Origin: Desulfomonilia bacterium
GTDB taxonomy: Bacteria > Desulfobacterota > Desulfomonilia > UBA1062
DNA: 64,000 nt
NCBI GenBank assembly: GCA_963664325.2
Contig: CAXXDQ010000007.1
Span: 672,001 to 736,000 of the forward strand
Direction: 5' to 3'
The stretch's first letter is position 1. Each line of letters opens with the position of its first letter. The translations under genes were made by a program, and so were the position numbers. Shown here one piece after another: positions 1-10,477 of this stretch. The notes beneath the pieces were generated by a model. The model had not been told where the DNA came from and ran no database searches. It saw nothing but the letters and a program-made list of their open reading frames with translations.

Positions 1-1
1 G

Positions 2-310
2 GCATGTCTCCCTCTTACCAGGGGATTCTGGGGTTTTCTTATTGTCGGTCTCATCTCGGCTTCTGGCGGAGCAATAGCAGGACCTGCGGCCAACGCCCTG
101 GTTATCAGAAGTACCAAAGAGATCGGACTTGGCTTTGCGGTGAGCTCTTTCGATTCTGTTCAGGCAGCAGCCTTTATAGCAGGGCCGCTGATTTCCGGTC
201 TGGTTATGGACGTCTTCGGACTCAACACAGTCTTCTTTTTCACAGCCGGGATCTATCTTCTGGGACTTGGAATATTTTATTACTATTCAAAAAGTGCTAG
301 AAAAATATAA
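2..310 (+). CDS. MFS transporter, C-terminal part (5'-truncated by window edge)
   Basis: Frame 2 (not in ORF track) reads ACLPLTRGFWGFLIVGLISASGGAIAGPAANALVIRSTKEIGLGFAVSSFDSVQAAAFIAGPLISGLVMDVFG...YYYSKSARKI*. It is hydrophobic and aligns by eye with the C-terminus of the MFS protein at 1463..2632. Confidence 0.85.
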   Translation, partial: ACLPLTRGFWGFLIVGLISASGGAIAGPAANALVIRSTKEIGLGFAVSSFDSVQAAAFIAGPLISGLVMDVFGLNTVFFFTAGIYLLGLGIFYYYSKSARKI

Positions 311-538
311 TATCCCAAAAGGTCGTCAAGATACGATCGTCCCGTTATTGGTTTTCATAGGGTACTCTGCAAATGACCTTTATAGGGGGTAATTATGAGA
401 AAGATAGCATTGTATTGCACCGATTAAATTGGTATGTAATATAAATATAAGACTTTGCGGTAAGATATCTTCGAAAAGAAAGACATGCTTCGGAGACCAA
501 GCCCGGGTTCACATCCAATAGCGAGGAGGAGTCGTGAA

Positions 539-1459
539 ATGCCTGACAAAGGGATAACTTTCTATCCGATTCTGATGAAGGAGCCCGTAAAACCGGAAGA
601 CGCGGGTAAAGTAGATGTTGCAGACCTTGTTTTAAACCAGTTCGAACTTCAGGACCGCGATATCATCATCGTGACCTCGAAGGTCGTAAGCATCCTTGAA
701 GGCCGGTGCATCAAACTTGATTCCGTAGTCCCTTCAAAGAAATCGCTGAAGATAGCCGAGGTCTATGGAAAGAACCCAGGGCTTATTGAACTCATAAACC
801 AGGAAGGCAAGGTGTTTTGCGTAAGCCCGGGAGGACGGTTGCTGAAAAAGAAACGTTACAGGGATATACTGCTTTCCCTTGCAAAACCGGGGCTCACCGA
901 AGAGGAAGCAAATAAAATCATGAATTTCTCATATTCCATGCGGTGGATGGTGAAGAAATTCGGATACTTTGCCGACAATGCCGGGATAGACTGCCAGAAT
1001 GTGCCGGAAGGCTATGCCGTACTGCTTCCCAAAGACCCGCGCAAATCTGCAGATACTATCAGGGAAAAGATATTTGAACGCACCGGAAAAAAGGTTGCGG
1101 TCATCATTACCGACAGTCTCGGCGGAGGCGTTGTTCTGGGCAACTGGGATGTGCCACTGGGATACAGCGGAATGGATCCGGTGGAAAGGAACTGGGGACA
1201 AGTAGATGTTTTCGGCAGGATTGGGACCGGAGGCGGCTCGAACTACATCATCCCCATTGCTTCCATGGGAGGCATAGTCATGGGTAACAGTGATGAGCGT
1301 ACCCCGATCACGGTGCTCAGAGGTTTTGCCTACAAGGACGAACGCCCCGAAGATATCGGCAAAAACATCCTTACTTTCCCTTCGAGCTACACATGGGAAG
1401 GGATGTTCTGGATAATCGTCGAAACAATACGCTATTTCTTTGTCCGGTGGAGGGCTTAA
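539..1459 (+). CDS. CofE-like (coenzyme F420-0:gamma-glutamyl ligase family) protein, divergent
   Basis: Motifs DIIIVTSKVVSILEGR, NAGIDxxN, LLPKDP, VAVIITDS, DVFGR, VMGNSDERTP; AGGAGG before ATG 539. Confidence 0.75.
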   Translation: MPDKGITFYPILMKEPVKPEDAGKVDVADLVLNQFELQDRDIIIVTSKVVSILEGRCIKLDSVVPSKKSLKIAEVYGKNPGLIELINQEGKVFCVSPGGRLLKKKRYRDILLSLAKPGLTEEEANKIMNFSYSMRWMVKKFGYFADNAGIDCQNVPEGYAVLLPKDPRKSADTIREKIFERTGKKVAVIITDSLGGGVVLGNWDVPLGYSGMDPVERNWGQVDVFGRIGTGGGSNYIIPIASMGGIVMGNSDERTPITVLRGFAYKDERPEDIGKNILTFPSSYTWEGMFWIIVETIRYFFVRWRA

Positions 1460-1462
1460 AAT

Positions 1463-2632
1463 TCATTTCCTGATTTTCGCAAAGTAATAAAACAGGACTG
1501 TGATAACGGCGTACAAGACAGCCATAAGACGGAATACGCTTGAGAGATTGAATTGATCCATAATAAGGCCTGAGACGATCGGACCCGCTATAAGCCCTGC
1601 CTCCTGGAAGGAAGAAATCATCCCGACAGAAGCGCCAAGGCCCGTCTCCCTGCATTTTTCGATGATAAGACCGGAAGCCGCAGGTGCCGACAGGGCCGTA
1701 CCAACCGCCACCATCATCCCGATGGCCAGAAAAGACCAGAAATTTTTGCATTCCGGCAGTAAAGCCAGACTTACCGCACCTATAATCCCTCCAACAAATA
1801 TGAATAAGACCTTGTCGTACCTGCCGGCAAGCTTTCCGAAAGGCAGCTGGAGAAAACCCGCAAGTATCATAACCACCGCAAGGAGAACGCCCACCTGAGT
1901 ATTCGAGAAATTGAGTGATTTGCACAGGAGCGGCATGAAGACGAAGAGGCCGCTGACGGCCATTGCGCTTACGGTGGTCGCAAGGGCAAGGCCCTTCATC
2001 AGGTTGGAGGAGAAAAGTTCTTTGAACGGCCGTTTGACAGGTTGAACTGTTATCCCATACTCAGTGTCTTTCGGCAGCAGGAACAGGGTGATCAAAAAGG
2101 CCACAAAAAGGAGAACAGCCTGGCCGATGAAAGCCATATCCTTATTGTACATATCTGCAAGGACGCCTCCTATAACCGGTCCGATGGCCATGCCAATACC
2201 CACAAAGAGGTTCAGGTTGGCCATGTAAAAGCTTTCTTCCCCTTTCGGAGACATACTCCCCATATAAGCAATCACGACTGGCATAACCATGGAGAAGGCA
2301 ATCCCGGCCGCCAGCCGTACGAAAAGGAGCTGATGCGGCGTGGAAACAAGGGTGTAGCTCAGCGCCACCCCTGTATAGGCAAAGAGGCCGGTTACGATAA
2401 ATACTTTACGCCCCCATTTGTCGGACAGTCTTCCGACCAAAGGGTTAAAGATAAGCTTCGAGATCGACAATCCCGAGAATATAAGCCCCAACATAAAGCC
2501 TGCCGCCTTCAAATCAGCGGCAAATATAGGCAGGATGGGCTGGATGATTCCGAAACCTAGATTGGTTACAAAGGTGGCGAACATGAGCGTTATGAGTTCA
2601 GAAGACCAGGCCATAAGCGTCCTCAATTTCAT
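1463..2632 (-). CDS. MFS transporter (DHA1/TetA-like)
   Basis: About 12 hydrophobic segments; motif A GRLSDKWGRK. Confidence 0.9.
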   Translation of the reverse strand: MKLRTLMAWSSELITLMFATFVTNLGFGIIQPILPIFAADLKAAGFMLGLIFSGLSISKLIFNPLVGRLSDKWGRKVFIVTGLFAYTGVALSYTLVSTPHQLLFVRLAAGIAFSMVMPVVIAYMGSMSPKGEESFYMANLNLFVGIGMAIGPVIGGVLADMYNKDMAFIGQAVLLFVAFLITLFLLPKDTEYGITVQPVKRPFKELFSSNLMKGLALATTVSAMAVSGLFVFMPLLCKSLNFSNTQVGVLLAVVMILAGFLQLPFGKLAGRYDKVLFIFVGGIIGAVSLALLPECKNFWSFLAIGMMVAVGTALSAPAASGLIIEKCRETGLGASVGMISSFQEAGLIAGPIVSGLIMDQFNLSSVFRLMAVLYAVITVLFYYFAKIRK

Positions 2633-2926
2633 TATTGTTTTTCGGGCTTCCGCCCGAAATGCTGTCCCTACAACATAACATGAATTCCAGGCAACACAAA
2701 AATAATTCGGGGCATACCCCGGCGGGTGTGCCTTAACATAATAGCAGAGGATCTACTGGTAAGAACACGCTTCCCCTTTTCTTCCCATTACCCTGCAACA
2801 GCCATCCGGAATCTCGTTGAAAATTATCTGTGCAGGAATACGGTCCTTCCCATAAGCGGCCAGGAGGACATTTTGCACTTGCAATTCACGGTTGCCGGCC
2901 ATAACAGATCAGGTAAAGGAGCGCTT

Positions 2927-3820
2927 ATGAAACCGACATGGGACATTCCGGACACTATGCTTGACAACGGCCGGGAATTCGACAGCGAATTCTACCGCCG
3001 CTTCACCCTGCGCAAGGCCCCCCGGCCTGTCGCACTGGCAGACAACATCACCAAGGACTACCTGTTCCCGACCTTCTACGGGGATGTGACCTGCGCCATG
3101 GCCATTTTTCTCTGTTCCTACGACAAGGCTGCGGCCCTTTTGCGTGAAAGACTGGGCAGGCCGGTCAGACCCGTCAGGATGACCAGGGGACGCTCCCTGA
3201 TTGCATTTTCATGCTATGAGTACAAACAGGTTATGGGGGTGCGGCCGTACAACGAAATAGCCATGGCCATCCCGGTCATGGTCAATGCTCGCTTCAACCC
3301 CCCTGTCCTGCCAATGATTATGGGCGGATTTAAACATTTTGGATATTACATCGCAGGCATGCCCGTGACATCCCACGAAAACACACTCCGGGGCAATAAG
3401 ATATGGGGCCTGCCCAAGGTGACCCAGGAGATAGACATTGAACGTGAAGGCGGCTGCTGTAAAGCCACTGCCAGGGATGAAAATGGAGTTGATTATCTGA
3501 CGCTGCGCATCCCCATGTCAGGGACGCCAACTGATTTCAACGTTTCGTCCTTCCTCTACACACGCCTAAATGGAAAATTTCTCAGGAGCGAGACCAACTT
3601 CAGGGCTAACTTCCTTGTAACAAAGAACATGAAACCCCTTCTTCACAAAGGAACCCAGCCGGACCGGACATACATGGAACTCGGTACAACATCTTTTGCC
3701 GGCATGCTGCAGGGTCTTGAGATCGAACCGAGTCCATTCCAGTTCAGGTATGCCGAGCACATGTCGGCCTGCTTTGACCTGCCGCAGGAAAAACTGCCGA
3801 CCTGGGCCGCCGCTGTCTGA
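2927..3820 (+). CDS. acetoacetate decarboxylase-like family protein
   Basis: PYNEIAMAIPV and GNKIWGLPK (Schiff-base Lys motif); AAAGGAG before ATG 2927. Confidence 0.75.
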   Translation: MKPTWDIPDTMLDNGREFDSEFYRRFTLRKAPRPVALADNITKDYLFPTFYGDVTCAMAIFLCSYDKAAALLRERLGRPVRPVRMTRGRSLIAFSCYEYKQVMGVRPYNEIAMAIPVMVNARFNPPVLPMIMGGFKHFGYYIAGMPVTSHENTLRGNKIWGLPKVTQEIDIEREGGCCKATARDENGVDYLTLRIPMSGTPTDFNVSSFLYTRLNGKFLRSETNFRANFLVTKNMKPLLHKGTQPDRTYMELGTTSFAGMLQGLEIEPSPFQFRYAEHMSACFDLPQEKLPTWAAAV

Positions 3821-3846
3821 GAAACAGCACAAAACGGAGTAATAAA

Positions 3847-4890
3847 ATGAAAACTACATCGGAAATGAAGATAGCGTTTTTCGGAACCGGGTCAATCGGA
3901 GCGTCCGTCGGGGGGTGGATAGTCCCCTCACACGAACAGGTCTGGTTCATCGACAGAGGAGAGGTTTCGCAGGCTCTGAAGGATGGGGGCATCACCCTCT
4001 ACCTCGGAGAGAGTAAAGAAGCCACCACGCAGACCGTCCCGGTCAAGGTGATGGATGACCTTGCCGGACTTGCCGATATGGATGTGATCGTTCTGGGCGT
4101 AAAAAACTACAGCCTGGACGGGGTCTCCCGCATCATCAGGGAAAAGGCCGGGGACAAGGCCCTGATAGTGTCCATGGCCAACGGAATTGAAAACCAGAAG
4201 ATACTGCCGCGATACTTCACAAAGGTAATCTATTGCGTCGTCAGCTACAATGCCTGGATGGACCGTCCCGTCGTGGTCGGGTATCAGAAAAAGGGCCCGC
4301 TTATCCTGGGCACCCCTGATAATTCTCTAAATGCCGAGATGGAATCCATCGCTGAGATATTCAACCGCGGGGTCGAGACCGTCATAACCGACCACCTGCA
4401 GGACGCGGTACACTCCAAGATCATCGTCAACCTTACCAACTCGCTGACGACCCTCATCGGACATGGCTTCCGCGAGATTTCCGATTTCGACGTGTTCCAG
4501 AGGCTTCTGACCAACACGCTCTACGAGGGAGTAAGGATCATAAAGGCTGCAGGTTACAGGGAATGCAAGCTGGGCGGCATGCCGTCCTGGGCCCTTATCA
4601 CAATCGGAGCAAGGCTTCCCCAGCTTTTCACTCGCGGTATGTTCAGGCGCAACGTCGCCAAAATGGTCATGTCGAGCATGAGCCAGGACATACTCCAGCG
4701 CGGGGGAACTGAGTCCGAGCTAGATTCACTTACCGGCTATATCCTCAGCCTGGCCGACAAGAGCGGGGTTAAGGCCCCTTTCAACCGTACCATATATGAA
4801 CTCAGCCATGAACGCTTCGGCAGGCCGGACTTCAAACCCCTTGACGTGCAGGAGGTCTGGGCCAAGGTCCAGGAAAAATTGCGGGGCTGA
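3847..4890 (+). CDS. ketopantoate reductase (PanE/ApbA) family oxidoreductase
   Basis: GTGSIG Rossmann motif, VK, NGIE, KIIVN, SSMSQD, ELDSLTGY. Confidence 0.8.
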   Translation: MKTTSEMKIAFFGTGSIGASVGGWIVPSHEQVWFIDRGEVSQALKDGGITLYLGESKEATTQTVPVKVMDDLAGLADMDVIVLGVKNYSLDGVSRIIREKAGDKALIVSMANGIENQKILPRYFTKVIYCVVSYNAWMDRPVVVGYQKKGPLILGTPDNSLNAEMESIAEIFNRGVETVITDHLQDAVHSKIIVNLTNSLTTLIGHGFREISDFDVFQRLLTNTLYEGVRIIKAAGYRECKLGGMPSWALITIGARLPQLFTRGMFRRNVAKMVMSSMSQDILQRGGTESELDSLTGYILSLADKSGVKAPFNRTIYELSHERFGRPDFKPLDVQEVWAKVQEKLRG

Positions 4891-5060
4891 AGGGATCAGA
4901 CAGTTACGGACCGATGGCTGGATATCGGCCCCGAATGATACAGTCTTAGGCCTGATATCTGAACCCGTAAGGCTTTCAAAGAATGCCCCGGAGGCTACAT
5001 CTCAGGCCCTTGCACAACTATTTTCTGTATGCTATTGCCCCGGAAACCATCGGAGGTAGA

Positions 5061-5516
5061 ATGGCCGGGAACAGTAATCTGAGGGATGTAAGCGCAGACA
5101 CCAGGATTCGCATTGATAAGGAAGGCCGGTGGTTTTATGAAGAAAGCGAGATAATACACCCGACGATTCTCAAGATATTCTGCGACGCACTTGAAACGGA
5201 TGGAGAAGGCAGATACCGAATCATTGTTGAAAATGAGCTCTGCTATATAGAAGTGGAGGATGCGCCTTTTATAGTGAGGACCATTAAGGGCGACTGTGAG
5301 TGCGGGCTTGAGCTCATCCTGAACAACCGGCGAACAGAGCCCCTCGACCCGGAAACAATATTTTTCGGCCGTGACAATATCATGTATGCAAGACTGGCTG
5401 ACGGCATCCCTGTCAAATTCAGCCGGGCAGCATATTATCAGATTGCCCTGATGATGGAGGAGAACAAAACCGGCGGCATATGCCTGAAGATAAAAGGAAA
5501 ATCCTATCCTTTTTAA
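5061..5516 (+). CDS. DUF1285-like protein
   Basis: IRIDKEGRWFYE...IEVEDAPF...FSRAAYYQI; GGAGG before ATG 5061. Confidence 0.7.
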   Translation: MAGNSNLRDVSADTRIRIDKEGRWFYEESEIIHPTILKIFCDALETDGEGRYRIIVENELCYIEVEDAPFIVRTIKGDCECGLELILNNRRTEPLDPETIFFGRDNIMYARLADGIPVKFSRAAYYQIALMMEENKTGGICLKIKGKSYPF

Positions 5517-5658
5517 AGGCGGTTCATCTGCCCTGATGTCATTTGCCAACCATTCGATTTGCTTTCCCGGTTGCCAAACTTGCTTTATCATAAAAACATA
5601 ATTATATTATAAAATAGTTATTTTAAGAGATTTTATTATATTCGCGAGGGGGGCACCG

Positions 5659-7428
5659 ATGAAATTTAATTCAAGATTGATATACTATTTGGCCCTAAGT
5701 TTTATATTCAGTCTTTTACTCAGTTCATGCGCTTCTTCAGGAGACGTTCAGGAAGAAGGCATCGCCTCCTCTCTTGGAACACCGGATGAGCAGATCCTTA
5801 TAAGGGACACTGGATCGGGCCTTATAAAAGGCCAGACCGATAACGGCACACTTTCATGGCTCGGCATCCCATATGCGAAGCCGCCGGTTGGAGACCTCCG
5901 GTGGCGAGCACCGAGAGATCCTGACTCATGGGAAGGCATAAGAGATGCTACGAGTTTCGGCAGCGCCTGCACACAGTACGGGACAATTCTTTATATACTG
6001 GATGAAAAACTTTACGGCAAACCTACGGGCTGCGAGGACTGCCTTTATCTGAATATATGGCGGCCGGCAACCGGGGAAACCAACCTTCCGGTATTCTTCT
6101 ACATACACGGCGGGGCGAATGTGATCGGCGCCTCAAGCCTGCCTGTGTACAACGGCGCAAACCTGAGCAGAAAAACAAACATGGTCGTAGTTACCGCGAA
6201 TTACCGTCTTGGGCTTATGGGGTGGTTCACCCATCCCTCATTGAGAAACGGCAACTCTCTTGACAGCTCGGGCAATTATGGAACCCTTGACCTGATAAAG
6301 GCCCTTGAATGGGTTCATAAAAACGCCGCATCATTCGGGGGAGACCCCGGCAACGTAACAGTCTGCGGCCAGTCGGCCGGAGCCATGAACATCCATTCGC
6401 TCCTTGTCTCCCCTCTTGCCGAAAACCTGTTCCAAAAGGCGATCATGCACAGCGGCTTTCCGGTTTCGACCACGGTTGAAACCGGCGATAAACGGGCCGC
6501 CAAGGTCATTACCAGGCTCTTGATCCAGGACGGGCTTGCATCCGACGAGGAATCCGCAAGCACGCTGATTATGGAAAGAGGAGATGTCTGGCTTGCCGGG
6601 TATTTAAGGGGCGTCCCCGCATATGAGATATACAATCCCGATGTTTCGACGGCATCGGGCAGCACAAAAGAAAGCGGTACGACTTCACTCGGAATATATG
6701 AAGACGGAACAGTGATTCCCCAAAATGTATCCGATTCCCTTAAACAAGGCCTCTATGCAAAGGTTCCGATAATCCTGGGCTGCATGTCCGAAGAGCTGAA
6801 ACTCTTTCTCATGATGCTTGGTGTGGAAACACACAAACTTCACGGGCTCATCAAACAGCATAAACCGGACAGTCCCAACCTTGAATTCAGTGATTTCTTC
6901 CCTGCTGTACTGAAACCTCTTTACAATTCTGTTGCCGATATCGGTCAGGTTGTCTTCCAGGGTAACGGCGTGGACATTACCGGCAGCTATCTAGCTGAAT
7001 ATCAGAATAATGTCTATGCCTACAGGATTGAATTTAAAGACGGCGCTCAGCCTTTTGATCATCTGCTGGGCTCATCGCATGCCCTTGATGTACCTCTGCT
7101 TTTCGGAAACTTCCTTGCACCCGGAATAAGCCTCGTAGGCTGTGAATGGAACACCGCAAACAAGAATGAACGCGAGGCGATGTCGGATATTATTATGACC
7201 TACTGGTCAAGCTTCGCGCGGTACGGTAACCCCAGTATGGGAAATTCGCTCCCTCACTGGCAGGAATTCTCGAACGGCACAGGCGGGAAGAACCGAATGA
7301 TCCTTGATACCGGAAGGGCCTACATGTCCTCAAATTCCCCTGAACAGACACAATCCCTTTCCTCTGAAGAATTGCTTAAGGGCATGTTCAACACTCTTGA
7401 AACTTTTGCCGCCCAATCGCAAAAATGA
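5659..7428 (+). CDS. carboxylesterase type B lipoprotein
   Basis: Lipobox LSSC; GIPYAKPPVGDLRW, EDCLYLNIW, HGG, GQSAG nucleophile, SHALD. Confidence 0.92.
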   Translation: MKFNSRLIYYLALSFIFSLLLSSCASSGDVQEEGIASSLGTPDEQILIRDTGSGLIKGQTDNGTLSWLGIPYAKPPVGDLRWRAPRDPDSWEGIRDATSFGSACTQYGTILYILDEKLYGKPTGCEDCLYLNIWRPATGETNLPVFFYIHGGANVIGASSLPVYNGANLSRKTNMVVVTANYRLGLMGWFTHPSLRNGNSLDSSGNYGTLDLIKALEWVHKNAASFGGDPGNVTVCGQSAGAMNIHSLLVSPLAENLFQKAIMHSGFPVSTTVETGDKRAAKVITRLLIQDGLASDEESASTLIMERGDVWLAGYLRGVPAYEIYNPDVSTASGSTKESGTTSLGIYEDGTVIPQNVSDSLKQGLYAKVPIILGCMSEELKLFLMMLGVETHKLHGLIKQHKPDSPNLEFSDFFPAVLKPLYNSVADIGQVVFQGNGVDITGSYLAEYQNNVYAYRIEFKDGAQPFDHLLGSSHALDVPLLFGNFLAPGISLVGCEWNTANKNEREAMSDIIMTYWSSFARYGNPSMGNSLPHWQEFSNGTGGKNRMILDTGRAYMSSNSPEQTQSLSSEELLKGMFNTLETFAAQSQK

Positions 7429-7431
7429 CAA

Positions 7432-7947
7432 TTACTTTTTGCCGGCATTTCCAACCGTTCCGGCAAGCTTGAAGCAGCAGTCCGAGCATCTTTTCTTCTT
7501 GGGTGCGCTGTCCGAACACCGGCCTGTGAATTTTTCAATCAGTTCGCTGCCCGCTCTGGGACATGAATCCATAAATGCTATGAACCTGACAAACCTCTGC
7601 ATGGCCTTTTCATCAACCGCGTGTTCCATGCGGCACGCGGTCTGTTCGGCGCTTTCTTCATCAAATTGAAGGACCCTTGAAAGAAAATCCTTCAGTATCG
7701 CATGGCGGTTTGAAATCTCAACGGCAATAGCCCTTCCCTTATCAGTAAGCGTGATGAAGCTGTAGGGCTGGTAGTTGATGAGAGCCTTTTCCTCCAGAAT
7801 CTTTAAAGCCCCTGTAACCGAGCCTCTCTGCACCCCAAGCTTGTCGGCAATATCCTTTGCCCGCGCCACCTTGCTCGCTTCCTCGAGTTCAAGGATGACC
7901 TCCAGGTAATCCTCAAGAGATTCAGATAGGGTATAGTTTTCCGTCAT
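7432..7947 (-). CDS. DtxR/MntR family metal-dependent repressor
   Basis: SLEDYLE, HTH, ACRMEH metal site; divergent from feoAB. Confidence 0.92.
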   Translation of the reverse strand: MTENYTLSESLEDYLEVILELEEASKVARAKDIADKLGVQRGSVTGALKILEEKALINYQPYSFITLTDKGRAIAVEISNRHAILKDFLSRVLQFDEESAEQTACRMEHAVDEKAMQRFVRFIAFMDSCPRAGSELIEKFTGRCSDSAPKKKRCSDCCFKLAGTVGNAGKK

Positions 7948-8034
7948 GAACTTCTCCGTTTTGAAAAGGTAACACCCGCACTTATGATAGTCAAATAAAT
8001 TTTCTCTTGATTAATTTATTAAGTGACATTAAAT

Positions 8035-8057
8035 ATTGTTTGTCTTAGCTAACTTTT
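8035..8057. promoter_or_regulatory. possible DtxR/MntR-type operator upstream of feoA
   Basis: Imperfect palindrome ATTGTTTG-TCTTAG-CTAACTTTT in the AT-rich regulator/feoA intergenic region. Confidence 0.35.
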
Positions 8058-8076
8058 ATAAGGAAAAGGTTCTATT

Positions 8077-8382
8077 ATGAGAAGAATACTACTGAGGCAG
8101 ATGAAGGACGATCAGTGCGGCACAATAGCCGCAATAAACGCGGGTGGAGAGCTTGGCAGAAGGATACGGGACATGGGCCTTGTACCGGGAAGTGAAATAA
8201 GGATACAGGGCCGTGCCCCTCTTTATGACCCGGTTGCAATAAGGCTTCAATGTCTTACTCTCACACTCAGAAACAGTGAGGCCGATTTCATTGAAGTTGA
8301 TGTCAACGACGACATAATGGACACTGAGCCCTCAGGAACGAGAAGGCAGGCCTGGCATCGCCATCGGGGGCGGCATGCATGA
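8077..8382 (+). CDS. feoA: ferrous iron transport protein A
   Basis: RRIRDMGLVPG...APLYDPV...LRNSEA; overlaps feoB start. Confidence 0.92.
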   Translation: MRRILLRQMKDDQCGTIAAINAGGELGRRIRDMGLVPGSEIRIQGRAPLYDPVAIRLQCLTLTLRNSEADFIEVDVNDDIMDTEPSGTRRQAWHRHRGRHA

Positions 8383-10466
8383 ATAAGCACCTTGTAATAG
8401 CCCTCGCAGGCAATCCCAATTCAGGAAAAACGACCATCTTCAACGAGCTGACAGGCTCGCGCCAGCATGTAGGAAACTATCCGGGCGTGACAGTGGAAAA
8501 GAAAGAAGGGGTCTGTTTTTACCATGGTGAAAAAGTCAACATTGTCGACCTTCCGGGAACCTATTCACTTTCCGCTTATTCCCTTGAAGAACAGGCTGCC
8601 CGAGATTTTATCGCCAAGGAAAAACCCGATGCGGTGGTGCAAATTGTCGATGCCTCCAACCTCGAACGCAATCTTTATCTCTGCGTCCAGCTCATGGAGA
8701 TGGGAATCAGCCTGGTAATAGCTCTCAATATGATGGATATGGCGAAAAACCGGGGCATGGAAATCGACGCGGAAAAGCTGTCCTCACTCCTTTCCGTCCC
8801 TGTTGTAGAAACCGTGGGCCGCAAAGGCAGCGGCCTGGACAAATTGATCGGAACCGCTGTCGGACTTGCAAAGTCACATGAAACGAAAGACCTTAAAATC
8901 AGCTATGGTGACGATACGGATCTGAGTCTTGACGTAATGGAGAAAATCATCTCGGGTTCGTCATTTTTAACCGGGATTTATCCCGCCAGGTGGATTGCGC
9001 TGAAATATCTTGAAAAAGACGAGGTGGTACGCACAGAGGGTGAAAAACACGATAAAAGCATATCCGCCAGGCTGGACGATATTACGGAAAAGCTGAACAG
9101 GCACCTTGAGGCTACGCTGAAAACATATCCAGAGGCGCTCATTTCAGACCACCGGTACGGCTACGTCAAATCAATTGTCAGACAGATCACAAAGTACAGG
9201 GACAACCTCGACAGACTTTACCTGACAGACAGGATAGACAGGGTTCTTACCCACAGGATGATCGGTCCATTAATAATGATAGCGGCAATATTTCTGCTCT
9301 ACAAGTTCACATTTACCGGCGGCAGCATCCCGGTTGGCTGGCTGGACAGCCTTTTCGGACGGTTTGCGGCTTTGACGGAAAAGCACCTGCCTGACAGCCT
9401 GATAAAATCACTTATAGTTTCAGGTATAATTGACGGTGTCGGCGGCGTGGTGAAATTCGTGCCGCTTATCATGCTCATGTTCATAGGTATTGCGGCCCTT
9501 GAAGACTCGGGCTACCTTGCCAGGATAGCCTTCATGCTTGACCGGGTTTTCAGGGTCTTCGGGCTTCACGGAAGTTCGGTAATGTCATATATAGTTTCAG
9601 GGGGTATAGCCGGGGGCTGTGCCGTACCCGGCATAATGGCAACGAGGACAATAAAAAGCCCCCATGAGAGACTGGCAACAATTCTCACGGCGCCTTTTAT
9701 GAACTGCGGTGCGAAACTGCCCGTATTCGCCGTCCTTGTCGGAGCTTTTTTTGCCCATGACAGGGCATTGGTAATGGTACTGATCACCCTCATCTCATGG
9801 ATAGGCGCCCTTACCGTGGCATGGTTCCTGCGCTCCACGGTCGTCCGGGGAGACTCGACCCCGTTTGTCATGGAACTGCCCCCTTATCGGCTGCCAACAA
9901 TCAAGGGGCTTATAATTCACTCGTGGGAAAGGACCTGGCAATACCTCAAGAAGGCGGGTACGATAATCCTGGCTATATCCATTGTCCTGTGGGCGTTAAT
10001 GACCTTTCCCGTTTTACACAAGGGTGAGGCCTTTCCAGACGAACCGACAAAGGCCGAGACGGCACTCAGGCACTCCATCGCTGGCAGGGTCGGAAGCTCC
10101 ATAGAGGGCATAAGCGGCCTGGCCGGTTTTGACTGGCGCATAAATATCGCCCTCATCGGAGGTTTTGCAGCCAAGGAAGTCATTGTCTCGACCCTGGGCA
10201 CGGCCTATTCCCTCGGCAAGACCGGACACGGAAAAGACCTGCCGCTGTCGAAGAGCCTGGCGTCATCGAAGGGTTTTTCGCCGCTCGCAGCATTGAGTCT
10301 TATAATCTTCATCATATTCTATTCACCGTGCTTTGCGACAATTGTCTGTATCGTGCGTGAATCGGGTTCATGGAAATGGGGGGTCTTTTCGATACTGTTC
10401 AACACCCTTCTGGCCTTCATGCTCGCTACAGCAGTCTATCAGACCGGCAGGCTTATAGGATATTGA
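8379..10466 (+). CDS. feoB: ferrous iron transport protein B
   Basis: GNPNSGKT, VGNYPGVTVE, DLPGTYSL, NMMD, then membrane domain with FMNCGAKLP and FVMELPPY. Confidence 0.96.
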   Translation: MNKHLVIALAGNPNSGKTTIFNELTGSRQHVGNYPGVTVEKKEGVCFYHGEKVNIVDLPGTYSLSAYSLEEQAARDFIAKEKPDAVVQIVDASNLERNLYLCVQLMEMGISLVIALNMMDMAKNRGMEIDAEKLSSLLSVPVVETVGRKGSGLDKLIGTAVGLAKSHETKDLKISYGDDTDLSLDVMEKIISGSSFLTGIYPARWIALKYLEKDEVVRTEGEKHDKSISARLDDITEKLNRHLEATLKTYPEALISDHRYGYVKSIVRQITKYRDNLDRLYLTDRIDRVLTHRMIGPLIMIAAIFLLYKFTFTGGSIPVGWLDSLFGRFAALTEKHLPDSLIKSLIVSGIIDGVGGVVKFVPLIMLMFIGIAALEDSGYLARIAFMLDRVFRVFGLHGSSVMSYIVSGGIAGGCAVPGIMATRTIKSPHERLATILTAPFMNCGAKLPVFAVLVGAFFAHDRALVMVLITLISWIGALTVAWFLRSTVVRGDSTPFVMELPPYRLPTIKGLIIHSWERTWQYLKKAGTIILAISIVLWALMTFPVLHKGEAFPDEPTKAETALRHSIAGRVGSSIEGISGLAGFDWRINIALIGGFAAKEVIVSTLGTAYSLGKTGHGKDLPLSKSLASSKGFSPLAALSLIIFIIFYSPCFATIVCIVRESGSWKWGVFSILFNTLLAFMLATAVYQTGRLIGY

Positions 10467-10477
10467 AGGAGCCATAT

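Noticed and set aside
4-300. 98-aa ORF in the track
   Set aside because: Wrong frame; frame 2 (2..310) encodes a clear MFS C-terminus.
318-381. Inverted repeat AAAGGTCGT...ATGACCTTT after the first MFS gene
   Set aside because: Short arms with a long unpaired interior and a single copy; cannot be distinguished from a terminator remnant or chance.
2726-2926. Extended N-termini in the ORF track (also 485, 4983, 14807, 26176, 31080, 35504, 39982, 47743, 55230, 57249)
   Set aside because: Downstream starts have Shine-Dalgarno sequences or match family N-termini.
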